From a bacterium (GTDB lineage: Bacteria > Desulfobacterota > DSWW01): a DNA stretch of 64,000 bases. The stretch lies in NCBI GenBank assembly GCA_040756235.1, contig JBFLZG010000004.1:33239-97238 (forward strand). Direction: 5' to 3'. Below the pieces are notes generated by a model. That model was not told where the DNA came from. It worked only from the letters and a program-made list of their open reading frames with translations, and searched no databases. The translations under genes and the position numbers were made by a program. The stretch's first letter is position 1, and the number at the start of each line of letters is the position of its first letter. Positions 37,114 through 48,439 of this stretch are shown here, in pieces.

Positions 37114-38525
37114 GGGGCTCGCTCGAGCTTCGCGATCGCAGGATCCTGGTCGTCGGGTTGGCCCGGACCGGAATCGCTGCCGCGCGCTTTCTCCTCGAGC
37201 AGGGGGCGCGCGTCGCCGCGACCGATTGCGCCGCTTCCGTCGGCTCCGACCCGGCCGTCAAGGCACTCGGGGAGAACGGGTGTTCGCTGCGGCTGGGGGA
37301 ACACAGACTCGAGGACTTCCTCGAGGCCGAGCTGATCGTCATCAGCCCCGGCGTGCCTCTGACCCTGGCCCCGCTCAGCGAGGCGGTGAAGGCCGGCAGG
37401 ACCGTGATCGGCGAGATGGAGCTGGCCTCCCGCCATCTTCCGTGCCCCCTCATCGGCGTCACCGGGTCCAACGGCAAGACCACCACGGTGTCCCTCATCC
37501 ACGCCATGCTCGAGTCCGCCTCCATCCCGCACTGGGTCGGAGGGAACATCGGCCGCCCCCTGATCGACTTCCTGCTCGAAGGACGGGAGCGATCCGAGAA
37601 ACCGCGCTTCGTCGTCGCCGAGGTCTCGAGCTTCCAGCTCGAGACGGTCTGCTCCCTGCGGCCCTGGATCGCGGTCTGGACGAACCTCAGCGAGGACCAC
37701 CTCGACCGCTACCCGGACCTGGAGGCGTACGCCGAGGCGAAGTTCCGCATCTTTCAGAACCAGACCGCGGACGACTACGCGATCGTGCCCGCCCGGGACC
37801 GCTGGCTCGACTTCAGGAGAAACCGGATGGCGGCCCGGATCGTCCGGTTCGGCTGCCCGGGCGATGGCAGGCCGGAGGCCTGCGTGGACGGCGCAAAGAT
37901 CGTCTGGCGCGGAGCGGACCGCACGGCCGAGGAGCTCTACGAAACGGAGCGGGTCCGGCTCCCGGGCCGACACAACCTCGAGAACATGATGGTGGCCGCA
38001 GCCGTGGCCAGGCTGTGCGGGGTTCCGCCTCCGATCGTACAGCGCGCCATGGACACCTTTCCGGGGCTCGAGCACCGCCTGGAGCTCGTGGAAGAGATCC
38101 GGGGGGTCCGGTTCTACAACGATTCGAAGGGTACGACGGTCGACTCGGTGGTGCGCGCACTGGAGTCCTTCTCCCGGCCGGTGCTGCTCCTGGCCGGCGG
38201 CAAGGACAAAGGCGGAGCCTACGCCCCCCTCCTGGAGCCGCTCCGGACCCGGGCGCGCAGGCTGTTCCTGTTCGGTGAGGCCGCCGGCCGCATGGAACGC
38301 GAGCTTTCCGGCGCCGTCCCGATCGAGCGCGTCCGGGACCTGGATGAGGCGATCCGCAGGAGCTGGGAGGAGGCGCGGCCCGGCGACGTCGTCCTGCTCT
38401 CGCCCGCGTGCTCCAGCTTCGACATGTTCCGGGACTACGAGCACCGGGGGGAGACCTTCAAGCAAGGCGTGAGGGACCTGGTCGGCCGGGTCCGAGGGAG
38501 CGAGGAGGCGGGGGGCGAGCCATGA
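37101..38525 (+). CDS. murD: UDP-MurNAc-L-Ala-D-Glu ligase MurD
   Basis: SPGVP, GSNGKTT, EVSSFQLE, HLDRY, NDSKGT, LSPACSSFD. Confidence 0.96.
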   Translation: MPALRGSLELRDRRILVVGLARTGIAAARFLLEQGARVAATDCAASVGSDPAVKALGENGCSLRLGEHRLEDFLEAELIVISPGVPLTLAPLSEAVKAGRTVIGEMELASRHLPCPLIGVTGSNGKTTTVSLIHAMLESASIPHWVGGNIGRPLIDFLLEGRERSEKPRFVVAEVSSFQLETVCSLRPWIAVWTNLSEDHLDRYPDLEAYAEAKFRIFQNQTADDYAIVPARDRWLDFRRNRMAARIVRFGCPGDGRPEACVDGAKIVWRGADRTAEELYETERVRLPGRHNLENMMVAAAVARLCGVPPPIVQRAMDTFPGLEHRLELVEEIRGVRFYNDSKGTTVDSVVRALESFSRPVLLLAGGKDKGGAYAPLLEPLRTRARRLFLFGEAAGRMERELSGAVPIERVRDLDEAIRRSWEEARPGDVVLLSPACSSFDMFRDYEHRGETFKQGVRDLVGRVRGSEEAGGEP

Positions 38526-39643
38526 GCAGCCACAGGATCTTCTCCAATGAGGTCACGCTGGGCGCCCTGAGCCTGTTCCTGGTGGCTTCCGGTCTGCTGT
38601 TCATCTATTCGACCAGCTCGGTCTATTCGCTCCAGCAGCACGGCAATCAGTACCACTTCTTCTACCGCCAGCTCATCTACGCCGCGACCGGCATCGGCCT
38701 GATGCTGCTGCTGGCCTCCTTCGACTACCGGGAGCTGAGACCCCTGGCCGCCTGGATGCTCCTGGCGAGCGGCGGCCTCATGCTCCTCGTCTGGGTGCCC
38801 GGGCTCGGCAAGACGGTCCGGGGGGCCCGCAGGTGGATCGATCTCGGACCCTTGAGCTTTCAACCCTCCGAGCTGGTGAAGATCACCCTGGTCTTCTTCT
38901 TCGCCGACCGACTCTCCAGGGCCTCCTTCCAGCAGCGCAAGGCGGAGCTCTTCGCCGGTTACGTCAAGTACTGGATCTGCGCGCTGCCCCTGCTCGTTCT
39001 GGTCCTGGCCCAGAAGGATTTCGGATCCACGGTGATCTGCGGGATCGTCGTGTTCCTGCTCCTGTTTCTCGCGGGCGCCCGCTGGCGCTACATGGCACTG
39101 ACCGTGGCGGCGGCTCTGCCGGCGGCCGTCGTGCTCTGCCTGGACTCGTATCGCTGGGAACGCATCCGCATGTTCGCCGATCCGTGGAAGGACCCTTACG
39201 GGGCCGGGTACCAGCTCGTCCAGTCCTACATCTCCCTGGGTCTGGGCGGGACCTTCGGGGTCGGGCTGGGCAACGGAACGCAGAAGCTGTTCTACCTGCC
39301 CGACGCCCACACCGATTTCATCTTCTCGGTGCTCGGAGAAGAGCTCGGGCTGGCCGGCTGCTGCGCGTTCCTGATCCTGTTTCTTCTGTTCATCGTGCAA
39401 GGCGTGCGCATCGCGCTGCGCGCCCCGGACCGGTTCGGCACCCTGCTGGCTGCCGGGATCACTTTCCTCATCGGGGTCGAGTTCGTCCTGAACGTGGCCG
39501 TCGTGCTGGGTCTGCTGCCCACGAAGGGCATGGTGCTCCCCTTTCTCAGCTACGGGGGCAGCGCGCTGCTGATCAACCTGATGGCCGTGGGCATCCTGTG
39601 CAGCGTGGGGAGGCAGGAGGTGTTGCGGCCCGATCTCGGTTGA
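38522..39643 (+). CDS. ftsW: Peptidoglycan polymerase FtsW
   Basis: [34 protein letters not shown]. Confidence 0.96.
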   Translation: MSSHRIFSNEVTLGALSLFLVASGLLFIYSTSSVYSLQQHGNQYHFFYRQLIYAATGIGLMLLLASFDYRELRPLAAWMLLASGGLMLLVWVPGLGKTVRGARRWIDLGPLSFQPSELVKITLVFFFADRLSRASFQQRKAELFAGYVKYWICALPLLVLVLAQKDFGSTVICGIVVFLLLFLAGARWRYMALTVAAALPAAVVLCLDSYRWERIRMFADPWKDPYGAGYQLVQSYISLGLGGTFGVGLGNGTQKLFYLPDAHTDFIFSVLGEELGLAGCCAFLILFLLFIVQGVRIALRAPDRFGTLLAAGITFLIGVEFVLNVAVVLGLLPTKGMVLPFLSYGGSALLINLMAVGILCSVGRQEVLRPDLG

Positions 39644-39701
39644 GGCCGGTGGCGGCGGTACGGATCGGGGCCAGTCGATTTCGAGAGTGCTCGGGTCAGG
39701 C

Positions 39702-41078
39702 ATGTACAAGAAAAACCAGCGGATACATTTCGTGGGCATCGGCGGGATCGGGATGAGCGGCATCGCCGAGCTCCTGTTGAATCTGGGATACCGGGTGAGC
39801 GGTTCGGATCTCAAGGAGAGCGCTGCGACCGAGCGGCTGCGGAATCTCGGGGGAACGATCCATCACGGCCACCGGGCGGAGCAGGTGCAGGGAGCGGACG
39901 TGGTGGTCATCTCCTCCGCCGTCCGCACGGACAATCCGGAGGTGGTTGCCGCCAAGGGCCAGTCCATTCCGGTCGTTCCGCGTGCCGAGATGCTGGCCGA
40001 GCTCATGCGCATGAAGTACGGCATCGCCATCGCCGGCTCCCACGGCAAGACCACCACGACCTCGCTGATCGCCACCATCCTGGCCGAGGGCGGCTTGGAC
40101 CCGACCATGGTCATCGGCGGGCGTCTGAACAGCCTCGGGACCAACGCCAAGCTCGGGGGAGGGGACTTCCTGGTCGCCGAAGCGGACGAGAGCGACGGCT
40201 CCTTCCTCCTGCTGAGCCCCACGGTGGCCGTGGTCACGAACATCGATCCCGAGCACCTCGACCACTACGGCGGCATGGAGAGCCTGCAAGAGGCCTTCGT
40301 GCGCTTCGTCAACAAGGTGCCTTTCTACGGCTTGGCGGTCCTCTGTCTGGACCACCCCAACGTGAGGGCCTTGCTCCCGCAGGTGCGCAGGCGCGCCGTG
40401 ACCTACGGTCTCGCACGTCAGGCCGACTTCCGCGCCGAAGACATCCAGTGGAGCGGCTGGCAGAGCCGGTTCCGGGTGTTCTTCCAGAAGGAGGAGCTCG
40501 GGGAAGTCCAGCTCCGCATCCCGGGCATCCACAACGTCTCCAACGCGCTCGCGGCGGTCGCCGTGGCGCGGGAGCTGGAGCTCGATTTTGCCGTCATCCG
40601 TCAGGGGCTCGAGCAGTTCGCCGGCATCCAGCGGCGCTTCCAGATCAAGGGGGAAAGCCAGGGGATCCTGATCGTCGATGACTACGGGCATCATCCCGCC
40701 GAGGTGCTCTCCACCCTGCGGGCCGCGCGCAAAGGCTGGGAGAAGAGGATCGTGGCCGTGTTTCAGCCGCACCGGTACACGCGCACCCAGCTCTGCTTCG
40801 ACGACTTCCTCGGCGCCTTTCATGACGCCGATGTCCTGGTCGTCCTGGACATTTACGCGGCCGGCGAGAGAGAGCTGCACGGCGTGCACGCGAGCCGTCT
40901 GGCCGAGGCCATCCGCAAACAGGGCCACAAGGAGGTCCACTACCTCGGCGGCGGCCTGACCGAAGCGGTTTCGTTTCTGCTCGAGAACGCCAGGGACGGA
41001 GACATGGTGATCACGCTGGGAGCCGGGGACGTGGTCCGGGTGGGAGAGATGCTGCTGAGCGGCCTGAAGGGCGGGTGA
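39702..41078 (+). CDS. murC: UDP-MurNAc-L-Ala ligase MurC
   Basis: [42 protein letters not shown]. Confidence 0.97.
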   Translation: MYKKNQRIHFVGIGGIGMSGIAELLLNLGYRVSGSDLKESAATERLRNLGGTIHHGHRAEQVQGADVVVISSAVRTDNPEVVAAKGQSIPVVPRAEMLAELMRMKYGIAIAGSHGKTTTTSLIATILAEGGLDPTMVIGGRLNSLGTNAKLGGGDFLVAEADESDGSFLLLSPTVAVVTNIDPEHLDHYGGMESLQEAFVRFVNKVPFYGLAVLCLDHPNVRALLPQVRRRAVTYGLARQADFRAEDIQWSGWQSRFRVFFQKEELGEVQLRIPGIHNVSNALAAVAVARELELDFAVIRQGLEQFAGIQRRFQIKGESQGILIVDDYGHHPAEVLSTLRAARKGWEKRIVAVFQPHRYTRTQLCFDDFLGAFHDADVLVVLDIYAAGERELHGVHASRLAEAIRKQGHKEVHYLGGGLTEAVSFLLENARDGDMVITLGAGDVVRVGEMLLSGLKGG

Positions 41079-41146
41079 CAGGGCGGCGGCCGGGGCCCTG
41101 CTCCGGGCGGCTGAGCCTCATGAGGCGAGGCGGTCGCAAAATGAAT

Positions 41147-41247
41147 TCCCTCTCCCCCGTGGCACGGGGGAGAGGGACAGGGTGAGGGGGAAGCAGGGAC
41201 AGATTCACCCCTCATCCTGTCCTTCTCCCCTCGCGAGGGGAGAAGGA
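41147..41247. repeat. Paired CCCTCTCCCC/GGGGAGAGGG palindromes (family B)
   Basis: Two hairpins with inward-facing GGGTGAGGGG / CCCCTCATCC tails. Confidence 0.85.
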
Positions 41248-42183
41248 ATGAAGAAATCGAGAAGGCTCATGAGAAAGCGAGAGCCGAGCGCAAGGCAGAT
41301 GGGGCTGTTCGAACCGCTGCCCTTCGCCCAGGGGCCGCCAGCGGAGCGCGTCCGTGCGGACGCCGGACCGAGACGGCTGTCCGCGTCCGTGCGGGTTTCC
41401 TTCTGGCTGCTGGGCCTGGGCGCCTGTGTCCTCGCCGTCTTGGTGCTGCTCCACGTGCTCAGGAGCTCCCCTTTGTTCGCGCTGAAGAGAATCGAGGTCA
41501 TGGGCGGGCTGAGGGCTTCCCTGGGCGATCTGCGCTCCTGGGGCGGCGTGGAGCTCGGCGGCAACCTGCTCACCCTCGATATCCAGGAGGTATCCCGGAG
41601 GCTCGAGGCGCAACCGGGCATCGAGAGCGCGTCGATCGCGAAGCGTTTCCCGAACGAGCTCGTCGTCCGGATCGAGCAGAGGCGGCCGGCCCTGGTCGCC
41701 GTCGTCGACCGCGAGCTCTATTACATGGACGCAGGCGGCGTGGTTTTCCGCAAGGTGGGCCCGGGCGACGTGCTCGACCTGCCGGTGATCTCCGGGCTCC
41801 GCCGTTCCGCTCTCGCCTGCGGCGCCCGGCCCGAAGGCAGACAGGTCCGCAAGGCGCTCGAGCTGCTCCGCCTGCTCGAGCAGAGCTCGAACGAGCTGGG
41901 AGCGGTCTCCGAGATCCGGGTCGATCCCACGCAGGGGCTGACCTTCTTCCTTGCGGATCTGCCGGCGGCCATTCGGGTGGGTTGGGAGGACTTCGGGACC
42001 AAATTGGACCGGCTGGAGCGCATCTACCCCACCCTCCTCGAGCAGAGGGACACGCTCCGTACGGTGGACCTGCAGTTTGCCCGCCAGATCGTTGTGCGCC
42101 GCACCACGGGCCCGGCGCTCGCGGCCCGCAGGGAAGGAGCGAACGCGGTTACCCGGGTGTCCGCGGTTTTCCCGGACAGGTGA
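41248..42183 (+). CDS. ftsQ: Cell division protein FtsQ
   Basis: Single TM, FALKRIEV POTRA, KRFPNELVVRIEQRRP, VDLQF; precedes ftsA. Start 41248 or 41269. Confidence 0.9.
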   Translation: MKKSRRLMRKREPSARQMGLFEPLPFAQGPPAERVRADAGPRRLSASVRVSFWLLGLGACVLAVLVLLHVLRSSPLFALKRIEVMGGLRASLGDLRSWGGVELGGNLLTLDIQEVSRRLEAQPGIESASIAKRFPNELVVRIEQRRPALVAVVDRELYYMDAGGVVFRKVGPGDVLDLPVISGLRRSALACGARPEGRQVRKALELLRLLEQSSNELGAVSEIRVDPTQGLTFFLADLPAAIRVGWEDFGTKLDRLERIYPTLLEQRDTLRTVDLQFARQIVVRRTTGPALAARREGANAVTRVSAVFPDR

Positions 42184-42198
42184 ATGCTGAGGGAGCTC

Positions 42199-43431
42199 AT
42201 GAGGAAGAGAGACAACCATCTCATGGTCGGGCTGGACATCGGGACGACGAAGATCTGCACCCTGGTCGGCGAGAGCAAGGAGGACGGGATCGAGATCGTC
42301 GGGATCGGCCGGTACCCCTCCAGGGGGCTCCGCAAGGGCGTGGTCGTAGACATGGAAAGCACGATCCAGTCCATCAAGAAGGCGGTCGAGGAGGCCGAGC
42401 TGATGGCGGGCTGCAGCGTCGCCTCGGTCTACGTGGGGATCGCCGGCGGCCACATCAAGGGGTTCAACTCGACCGGCATCGTCAAGATCCGGGACGGAGA
42501 AGTGAAGGAAGCCGACGTGCGCCGCGTCATCGAGACGGCCACGGCCGTGGACATCCCGCCGGACCGGGAGGTCCTCCACGTGGTCCCCCAGGAATACACG
42601 ATCGACGGTCAGGACGGCATCAAGGAGCCGGTCGGGCTCGTGGGGGTCCGCCTTGAGGCCCAGGTGCACATCGTAACCGGCGCGGTCACTTCGGCGCAGA
42701 ACCTAATCAAGTGCGCCAACAGCGCGGGGCTGAACGTGAATGACATCGTCCTGGAGCAGCTCGCCTCCTCCGAGGCCGTGCTCACGGAGGACGAAAAGGA
42801 GCTGGGCGTGGCGCTCGTCGACATCGGCGGCGGGACCAGCGATCTGGCCATCTTCTCCGGGGGGAGCGTCAAGCACACGTCGGTCCTCGGCCTGGGCGGC
42901 AATCAGATCACGAGCGACCTGGCGGTCGGCCTGCAGACGCCGATCTCCGACGCGGAGGAGGTCAAGAAGCAGTGGGGCTGCTGTCGCTCGAGCCTGATCG
43001 ATCCGGAGGAGCTGATCGAGGTGCAGGGCGTCGGCGGCCGGGGAGTCCGCAGCCTTTCGCGCAGCGTGCTGGCCGAGATCATCGAACCGAGGGTGAGCGA
43101 GGTCTTCACCCTGATCAAGCGCGAGATTGAGATGAGCGGCTATCAGGAGATGATCCCCTCGGGGCTGGTCCTGACCGGCGGGTCGGCGCAACTGGCCGGC
43201 GTGGTGGATCTGGCCGAGGAGATCTTCCAGGCGCCGGTCCGGGTCGGCGTTCCGAACGGGGTCGGCGGGCTGGTCGAGGTGATCCGCAACCCCTCCTACG
43301 CGACGGCGGTCGGGCTGCTTCTATACGGGAAGCGGGACCGGGACGAGAAGCGCTTCCCGCAGCGGGGAGAGAAGACGTTCAGCAAGGTCATCCGCAGGAT
43401 GCGCGCGTGGTTCGAAGGGCTGTTCCTTTGA
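42199..43431 (+). CDS. ftsA: Cell division protein FtsA
   Basis: GLDIGTTK, VDIGGGT, LTGG, C-terminal amphipathic RMRAWFEGLF. Confidence 0.97.
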   Translation: MRKRDNHLMVGLDIGTTKICTLVGESKEDGIEIVGIGRYPSRGLRKGVVVDMESTIQSIKKAVEEAELMAGCSVASVYVGIAGGHIKGFNSTGIVKIRDGEVKEADVRRVIETATAVDIPPDREVLHVVPQEYTIDGQDGIKEPVGLVGVRLEAQVHIVTGAVTSAQNLIKCANSAGLNVNDIVLEQLASSEAVLTEDEKELGVALVDIGGGTSDLAIFSGGSVKHTSVLGLGGNQITSDLAVGLQTPISDAEEVKKQWGCCRSSLIDPEELIEVQGVGGRGVRSLSRSVLAEIIEPRVSEVFTLIKREIEMSGYQEMIPSGLVLTGGSAQLAGVVDLAEEIFQAPVRVGVPNGVGGLVEVIRNPSYATAVGLLLYGKRDRDEKRFPQRGEKTFSKVIRRMRAWFEGLFL

Positions 43432-43586
43432 AGGAGTGAAGGTCGGAGGAAAGGCAGAGACGGGGCGCCGTGCCCCTTTTCTCAGAGTTTTAACGGACCG
43501 GAGGGACGTGCAGGCTCGAGGTCGCACGGCCCGTGGGGGCGGAGCCGAGCGAGGGCGGGCATGCCAGCCAGGGGAGGGAGAAAGAG

Positions 43587-44771
<1,185 letters not shown>

Positions 44772-44856
44772 TCTCTCTCCGGGGCCGCGCGGGGCGCCTT
44801 CCGGCGCGCTCGCGCAGTCCAAGAGTAAAGGCAGAATTGTAGAAGAGGTTGTCGCC

Positions 44857-46539
44857 TTGGCAAGACGCGTGCAGGAGGCCGCCCGCTGGCGGCTCTCCCG
44901 GGAAGAGGGCGCCGTGCGGAAGGATTGGGGAGGCAGGATCCCCATCGCCCTCGTCTATCCGAACCGCTACTCGGTCGGGATGGCGAACCTGGGCTTTCTC
45001 ACCGTGTACGAAATCCTGAACCGGCACGGGGACGTGGTCTGCGAGCGGGCGTTTCTTCCGGACGAGGAAGAGCGCCTCGAGCTGGATCGGACCCGGGCCG
45101 CTTTCTCTTCTCTCGAAACACAAAAGCCCCTTGCCGCGTTCGACATCATTGCTTTCTCCCTTTCCTATGAAAACGATTACGTCAACGTGGCCGCGATCCT
45201 CGCGCTGGCCGGGATTCCGGTCCGCAGGAAGGATCGGGCCGAGAGCCATCCCCTCATCCTGGCCGGCGGTCCGGCCGCCTTCCTGAACCCCGAGCCCATG
45301 GCCGAGATCGTGGATGTGTTCGTCCTGGGCGAGGCCGAGGAGGCCCTGGAGGAGCTGCTCGGCCTCTACCGGCGCAGGCGAGCCGGGGACCGGCGGGAGC
45401 TGCTGGAGGAGCTGCTCGGCCTCGAGGGCGTGTATGTGCCCGCCTTCTACCGCCCCCAATACCACGAAGACGGCACCCTGGCGGCCTTCGAGCCGCTCGG
45501 AGGAGCCCCGCCCAAGGTCAAGCGGCGGTGGGTCCGGGACCTGGACCGGTTTTCCACGGTCGCGTCCATCCTCACTCCGGAAACGGAGTTCTCCGGCATC
45601 TATCTCGTAGAAGTCGGCCGGGGCTGCAGGCGGAACTGCCCCTTCTGCTCCACGGGCCAGATTTACAGGCCGCTGCGCTACCGGTCTCTGGAAGCGCTGA
45701 AACCCGCACTGCACCATGGGATTCGTAAAGGCCTGCGCCTCGGGCTGGTGACCGCTTCGGCCGGGGACTATCCCGAGCTGGACGCACTCTGCCAGTGGCT
45801 CCTGGAAAACGGGGGTTCCCTGGCAGCCCCCTCGCTCCGGCTGGACACGCTGAGCGACCGGCTGCTCGAAGCGCTCCGTGCCAGCGGCCAGAAGACCGTG
45901 ACCCTGGCTCCGGAGGCAGGCACAGAACGGCTGCGCAAAGTGGTCCACAAGCTCTTCTCCGATGAAGAGATCCTCGAAAGCGTGGATCGGCTCGCCGCTC
46001 ACGGCATCTTCGGCCTGCGGCTCTACTTCATGGTGGGTCTTCCCGGCGAAGAGAAGGCGGACGTGGACGCGATCGTCGACCTCGCCAAGCGCATCCGCCA
46101 TCGCTATCTGCGCGCGGCGAAGCAGACCGGCCGCATGGCGGAGATCACGTTGAGCGTGAATCCCTTTGTGCCCAAGCCCTGGACCCCTTTCCAGTGGTGT
46201 GCCATGGAGGAGGAAGGCACGCTCAAGGAGCGTCTCAACCGGGTGCGGCGGCCGCTGCAGAAGGAGCCCAACATCACCGTGACCGCGGGACTCGCAAAGT
46301 GGGCCTATCTCGAAGGGCTGTTCTCGAGAGGAGACCGTCGGGTCTGCAACTTCGTGACCGCGGGTCTCGCGCCCGGCAAGAGCCGGAAGAAGGCCCTCAG
46401 CACGAGCAGCCTCAACCCCGACTTCTACGTCTGCCGCCCGCGGCCGAGGGAGGAACGGTTTCCCTGGGACTTCATCGACAACGGGTTTTCCAAGGAGGCC
46501 CTCTACAGGGAGTACGAGAGGAGGGTGCCGCAAGCGTAG
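44857..46539 (+). CDS. B12-binding-type radical SAM protein (TIGR03960-like)
   Basis: YPNRYSVGMANLG, EVGRGCRRNCPFC (CxxxCxxC), TLAPEAG, YFMVGLP, FVPKPWTPFQ. Confidence 0.88.
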   Translation: MARRVQEAARWRLSREEGAVRKDWGGRIPIALVYPNRYSVGMANLGFLTVYEILNRHGDVVCERAFLPDEEERLELDRTRAAFSSLETQKPLAAFDIIAFSLSYENDYVNVAAILALAGIPVRRKDRAESHPLILAGGPAAFLNPEPMAEIVDVFVLGEAEEALEELLGLYRRRRAGDRRELLEELLGLEGVYVPAFYRPQYHEDGTLAAFEPLGGAPPKVKRRWVRDLDRFSTVASILTPETEFSGIYLVEVGRGCRRNCPFCSTGQIYRPLRYRSLEALKPALHHGIRKGLRLGLVTASAGDYPELDALCQWLLENGGSLAAPSLRLDTLSDRLLEALRASGQKTVTLAPEAGTERLRKVVHKLFSDEEILESVDRLAAHGIFGLRLYFMVGLPGEEKADVDAIVDLAKRIRHRYLRAAKQTGRMAEITLSVNPFVPKPWTPFQWCAMEEEGTLKERLNRVRRPLQKEPNITVTAGLAKWAYLEGLFSRGDRRVCNFVTAGLAPGKSRKKALSTSSLNPDFYVCRPRPREERFPWDFIDNGFSKEALYREYERRVPQA

Positions 46540-46548
46540 TCCAAGAGA

Positions 46549-46677
46549 AGGTGCCAGGTACTGGGTTTTAGGTTTCAGGCACCCCACGCCATCCGCCGCC
46601 GGGGACTCGGCTGCTTCCCGGTTCAGGGCGGGGTCGCCGGCGGGCTGAAACCTGACACCTGAGACCTGAAACCTAAA
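46549..46677. repeat. Inverted pair of heptamer tandem arrays (AGGTGTC-type)
   Basis: AGGTGCC AGGTACT GGGTTTT AGGTTTC AGG ... CTGAAA CCTGACA CCTGAGA CCTGAAA CCTAAA. Confidence 0.78.
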
Positions 46678-46688
46678 AGGAGGGTGCC

Positions 46689-47381
46689 ATGCTAGAACTG
46701 GGCGCTGCCTCCGAGCACCGAACGTCCCTCAGGGCGCATTCGTTCTCTTCGATCGCTTTCCGGCAGGAGCTCCTGCTCAGGCTCCTGACCCATCTGGAAG
46801 ACTGCGGCGCCGATCTGAGGAGCCATTCCGAAAGAGTCTGCACCCTGGCGGTCTCGGCCGCGTGTTGCATGGGCGTTGCCGGCCGAGATCTCCTGTGGCT
46901 GCAGATCGCTGCCCTGCTTCACGATGTGGGCAAGCTTCACATCTCGTCCCGGATACTGACCAAGCCGCGCCGGCTCAGCCAGCGGGAGCTGCATCTCGTG
47001 CGCCTTCATCCGGCCCGGGGCGAACAGATCCTCAGGGAGCACGGGGTTCCGGAGGTCGCCTGTCGAGCTGTCCGATCCCACCATGAATGCTACGACGGCA
47101 GGGGGTATCCGGACGGGCTGGCCGGCGAGGAGATTGCCCTGTTCGCGCGGATCCTGCGCGTGGCGGATGCCTACGACGCCATGACTGCGGACCGTCCTTA
47201 CAGGGCGGCCCTTCCCGCGGAGGCGGCCGCACGAAGGCTGCGCGCACGCTCCGGCACCCATTTCGATCCTCGGGTCGTGGAGCACTTTCTTCAGGTGCGG
47301 GCGGACGGCACGGCAGCCGCCGCGTCGCGCCAGGATCTGCTGGAATGGAGCCGGACCTGCGAGCCTGTTGCCGACCCCTGA
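46689..47381 (+). CDS. Stand-alone HD-GYP phosphodiesterase
   Basis: HSERV, LLHDVGK, HHECYDGRGYPDGL, VADAYDAM, HFDP. Confidence 0.88.
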   Translation: MLELGAASEHRTSLRAHSFSSIAFRQELLLRLLTHLEDCGADLRSHSERVCTLAVSAACCMGVAGRDLLWLQIAALLHDVGKLHISSRILTKPRRLSQRELHLVRLHPARGEQILREHGVPEVACRAVRSHHECYDGRGYPDGLAGEEIALFARILRVADAYDAMTADRPYRAALPAEAAARRLRARSGTHFDPRVVEHFLQVRADGTAAAASRQDLLEWSRTCEPVADP

Positions 47382-47472
47382 AGCCCGGCCTGCCGAGCTT
47401 GTCCTGAATCGTCTCGCCGATGTATACTGGCCTCCCTTCCGGGAGTCCGGGGCCTGAGGCCGTGTCGTTTCT

Positions 47473-47579
47473 CGTCATCCCGGCCCACGGGTATGCCCGG
47501 CCTTGTAGGGGCGACCGGCCGGTCGCCCCTGCGAATCACGGGGAGCAAGGACTGGACCCCGGCTTTCGCCGGGGTGACG
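47473..47579. repeat. Composite REP-like cluster
   Basis: GTAG-headed perfect palindrome AGGGGCGACCGG/CCGGTCGCCCCT (47507-47530) and hairpin TGGACCCCGGC-TTTC-GCCGGGGTGAC, bracketed by CGTCATCCCGGC / GCCGGGGTGACG. Confidence 0.75.
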
Positions 47580-47588
47580 GAAAGAGCG

Positions 47589-48200
47589 GTGGGCATCATC
47601 CTCAACACCAATCCGATCAATCCGCAGCGGCGCCACGTGGCCCGTGTCGTGGAAATCCTCGAGGAAGGGGGCCTGGCCTCTTATCCGACCGACTCCACGT
47701 ATGGAATCGGATGCGACCTGCTCAACAAGCGGGCGATCGAGAAGGTCTATGCCCTGAAGAAGAAGGAGCGCCACAAGCCGGTGAGCGTCCTCTGCTCGGA
47801 CCTGAAAGACGTGAGCCGGTACGCAGTGGTCTCCAACTCGACCTACCGGATCCTGAGGCGCCTGCTCCCGGGGCCTTACACCTTCGTCCTGCCGGCCACG
47901 CCGCTGGTGCCGAAGATCATGTTGACGCCGCGCAAGACGGTCGGAATTCGTGTGCCTGCCAGCACGATCGTGCGGGACATCGTGGCCGCCCTGGGGCGGC
48001 CTCTGATCAGTACGAGCGCTACCCTCGAGGACGGCACCATCCTCAACGACCCGGCCGAAATCGAGAGGCGCTTTCGCGGCAGCCTCGATGTCGTGGTTGC
48101 CTCCGATTGTCCCGGAGAGCCCTCGAGCATCATCGATCTCACCACCGACGAACCCCAGGTCATCCGCCAAGGCCGAGGCGATCTGAGCTGGATGCACTGA
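47589..48200 (+). CDS. Sua5/YciO/YrdC family (threonylcarbamoyl-AMP synthase-like) protein
   Basis: YPTDSTYGIGC, LPGPYT, VGIRVP, ISTSA, SSIIDL. Confidence 0.9.
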   Translation: MGIILNTNPINPQRRHVARVVEILEEGGLASYPTDSTYGIGCDLLNKRAIEKVYALKKKERHKPVSVLCSDLKDVSRYAVVSNSTYRILRRLLPGPYTFVLPATPLVPKIMLTPRKTVGIRVPASTIVRDIVAALGRPLISTSATLEDGTILNDPAEIERRFRGSLDVVVASDCPGEPSSIIDLTTDEPQVIRQGRGDLSWMH

Positions 48201-48312
48201 GGGGCCGGTGCGCCTGGTTGCTGCGTCCGCCTCCGCACCTCTGTGCCCGGGCGGCTCTGCCCGGACTTGAATCCCGCAGGGCTTCAAGTTAGGATAACCC
48301 CTCATCGCGCGA

Positions 48313-48425
48313 GAGGCTGTCCCAAAACGCCCATCTGCTGCGTTGCACTCATGGCGAATGGAGGCGGGGGGAGCCTGCCCCGGCGCAGGCCGGGGTCCAC
48401 TGTGCTTCCAAGTATGCCTCGCTCC
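48313..48425 (+). repeat. Family A partial copy with nested hairpin module
   Basis: GAGGCTGTCCCAAAACGCCCATCTGCTGCGTTGCACTCAT then insert 48358-48399 then GTATGCCTCGCTCC remnant. Confidence 0.75.
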
Positions 48426-48439
48426 CGCTGCGGATCCAC

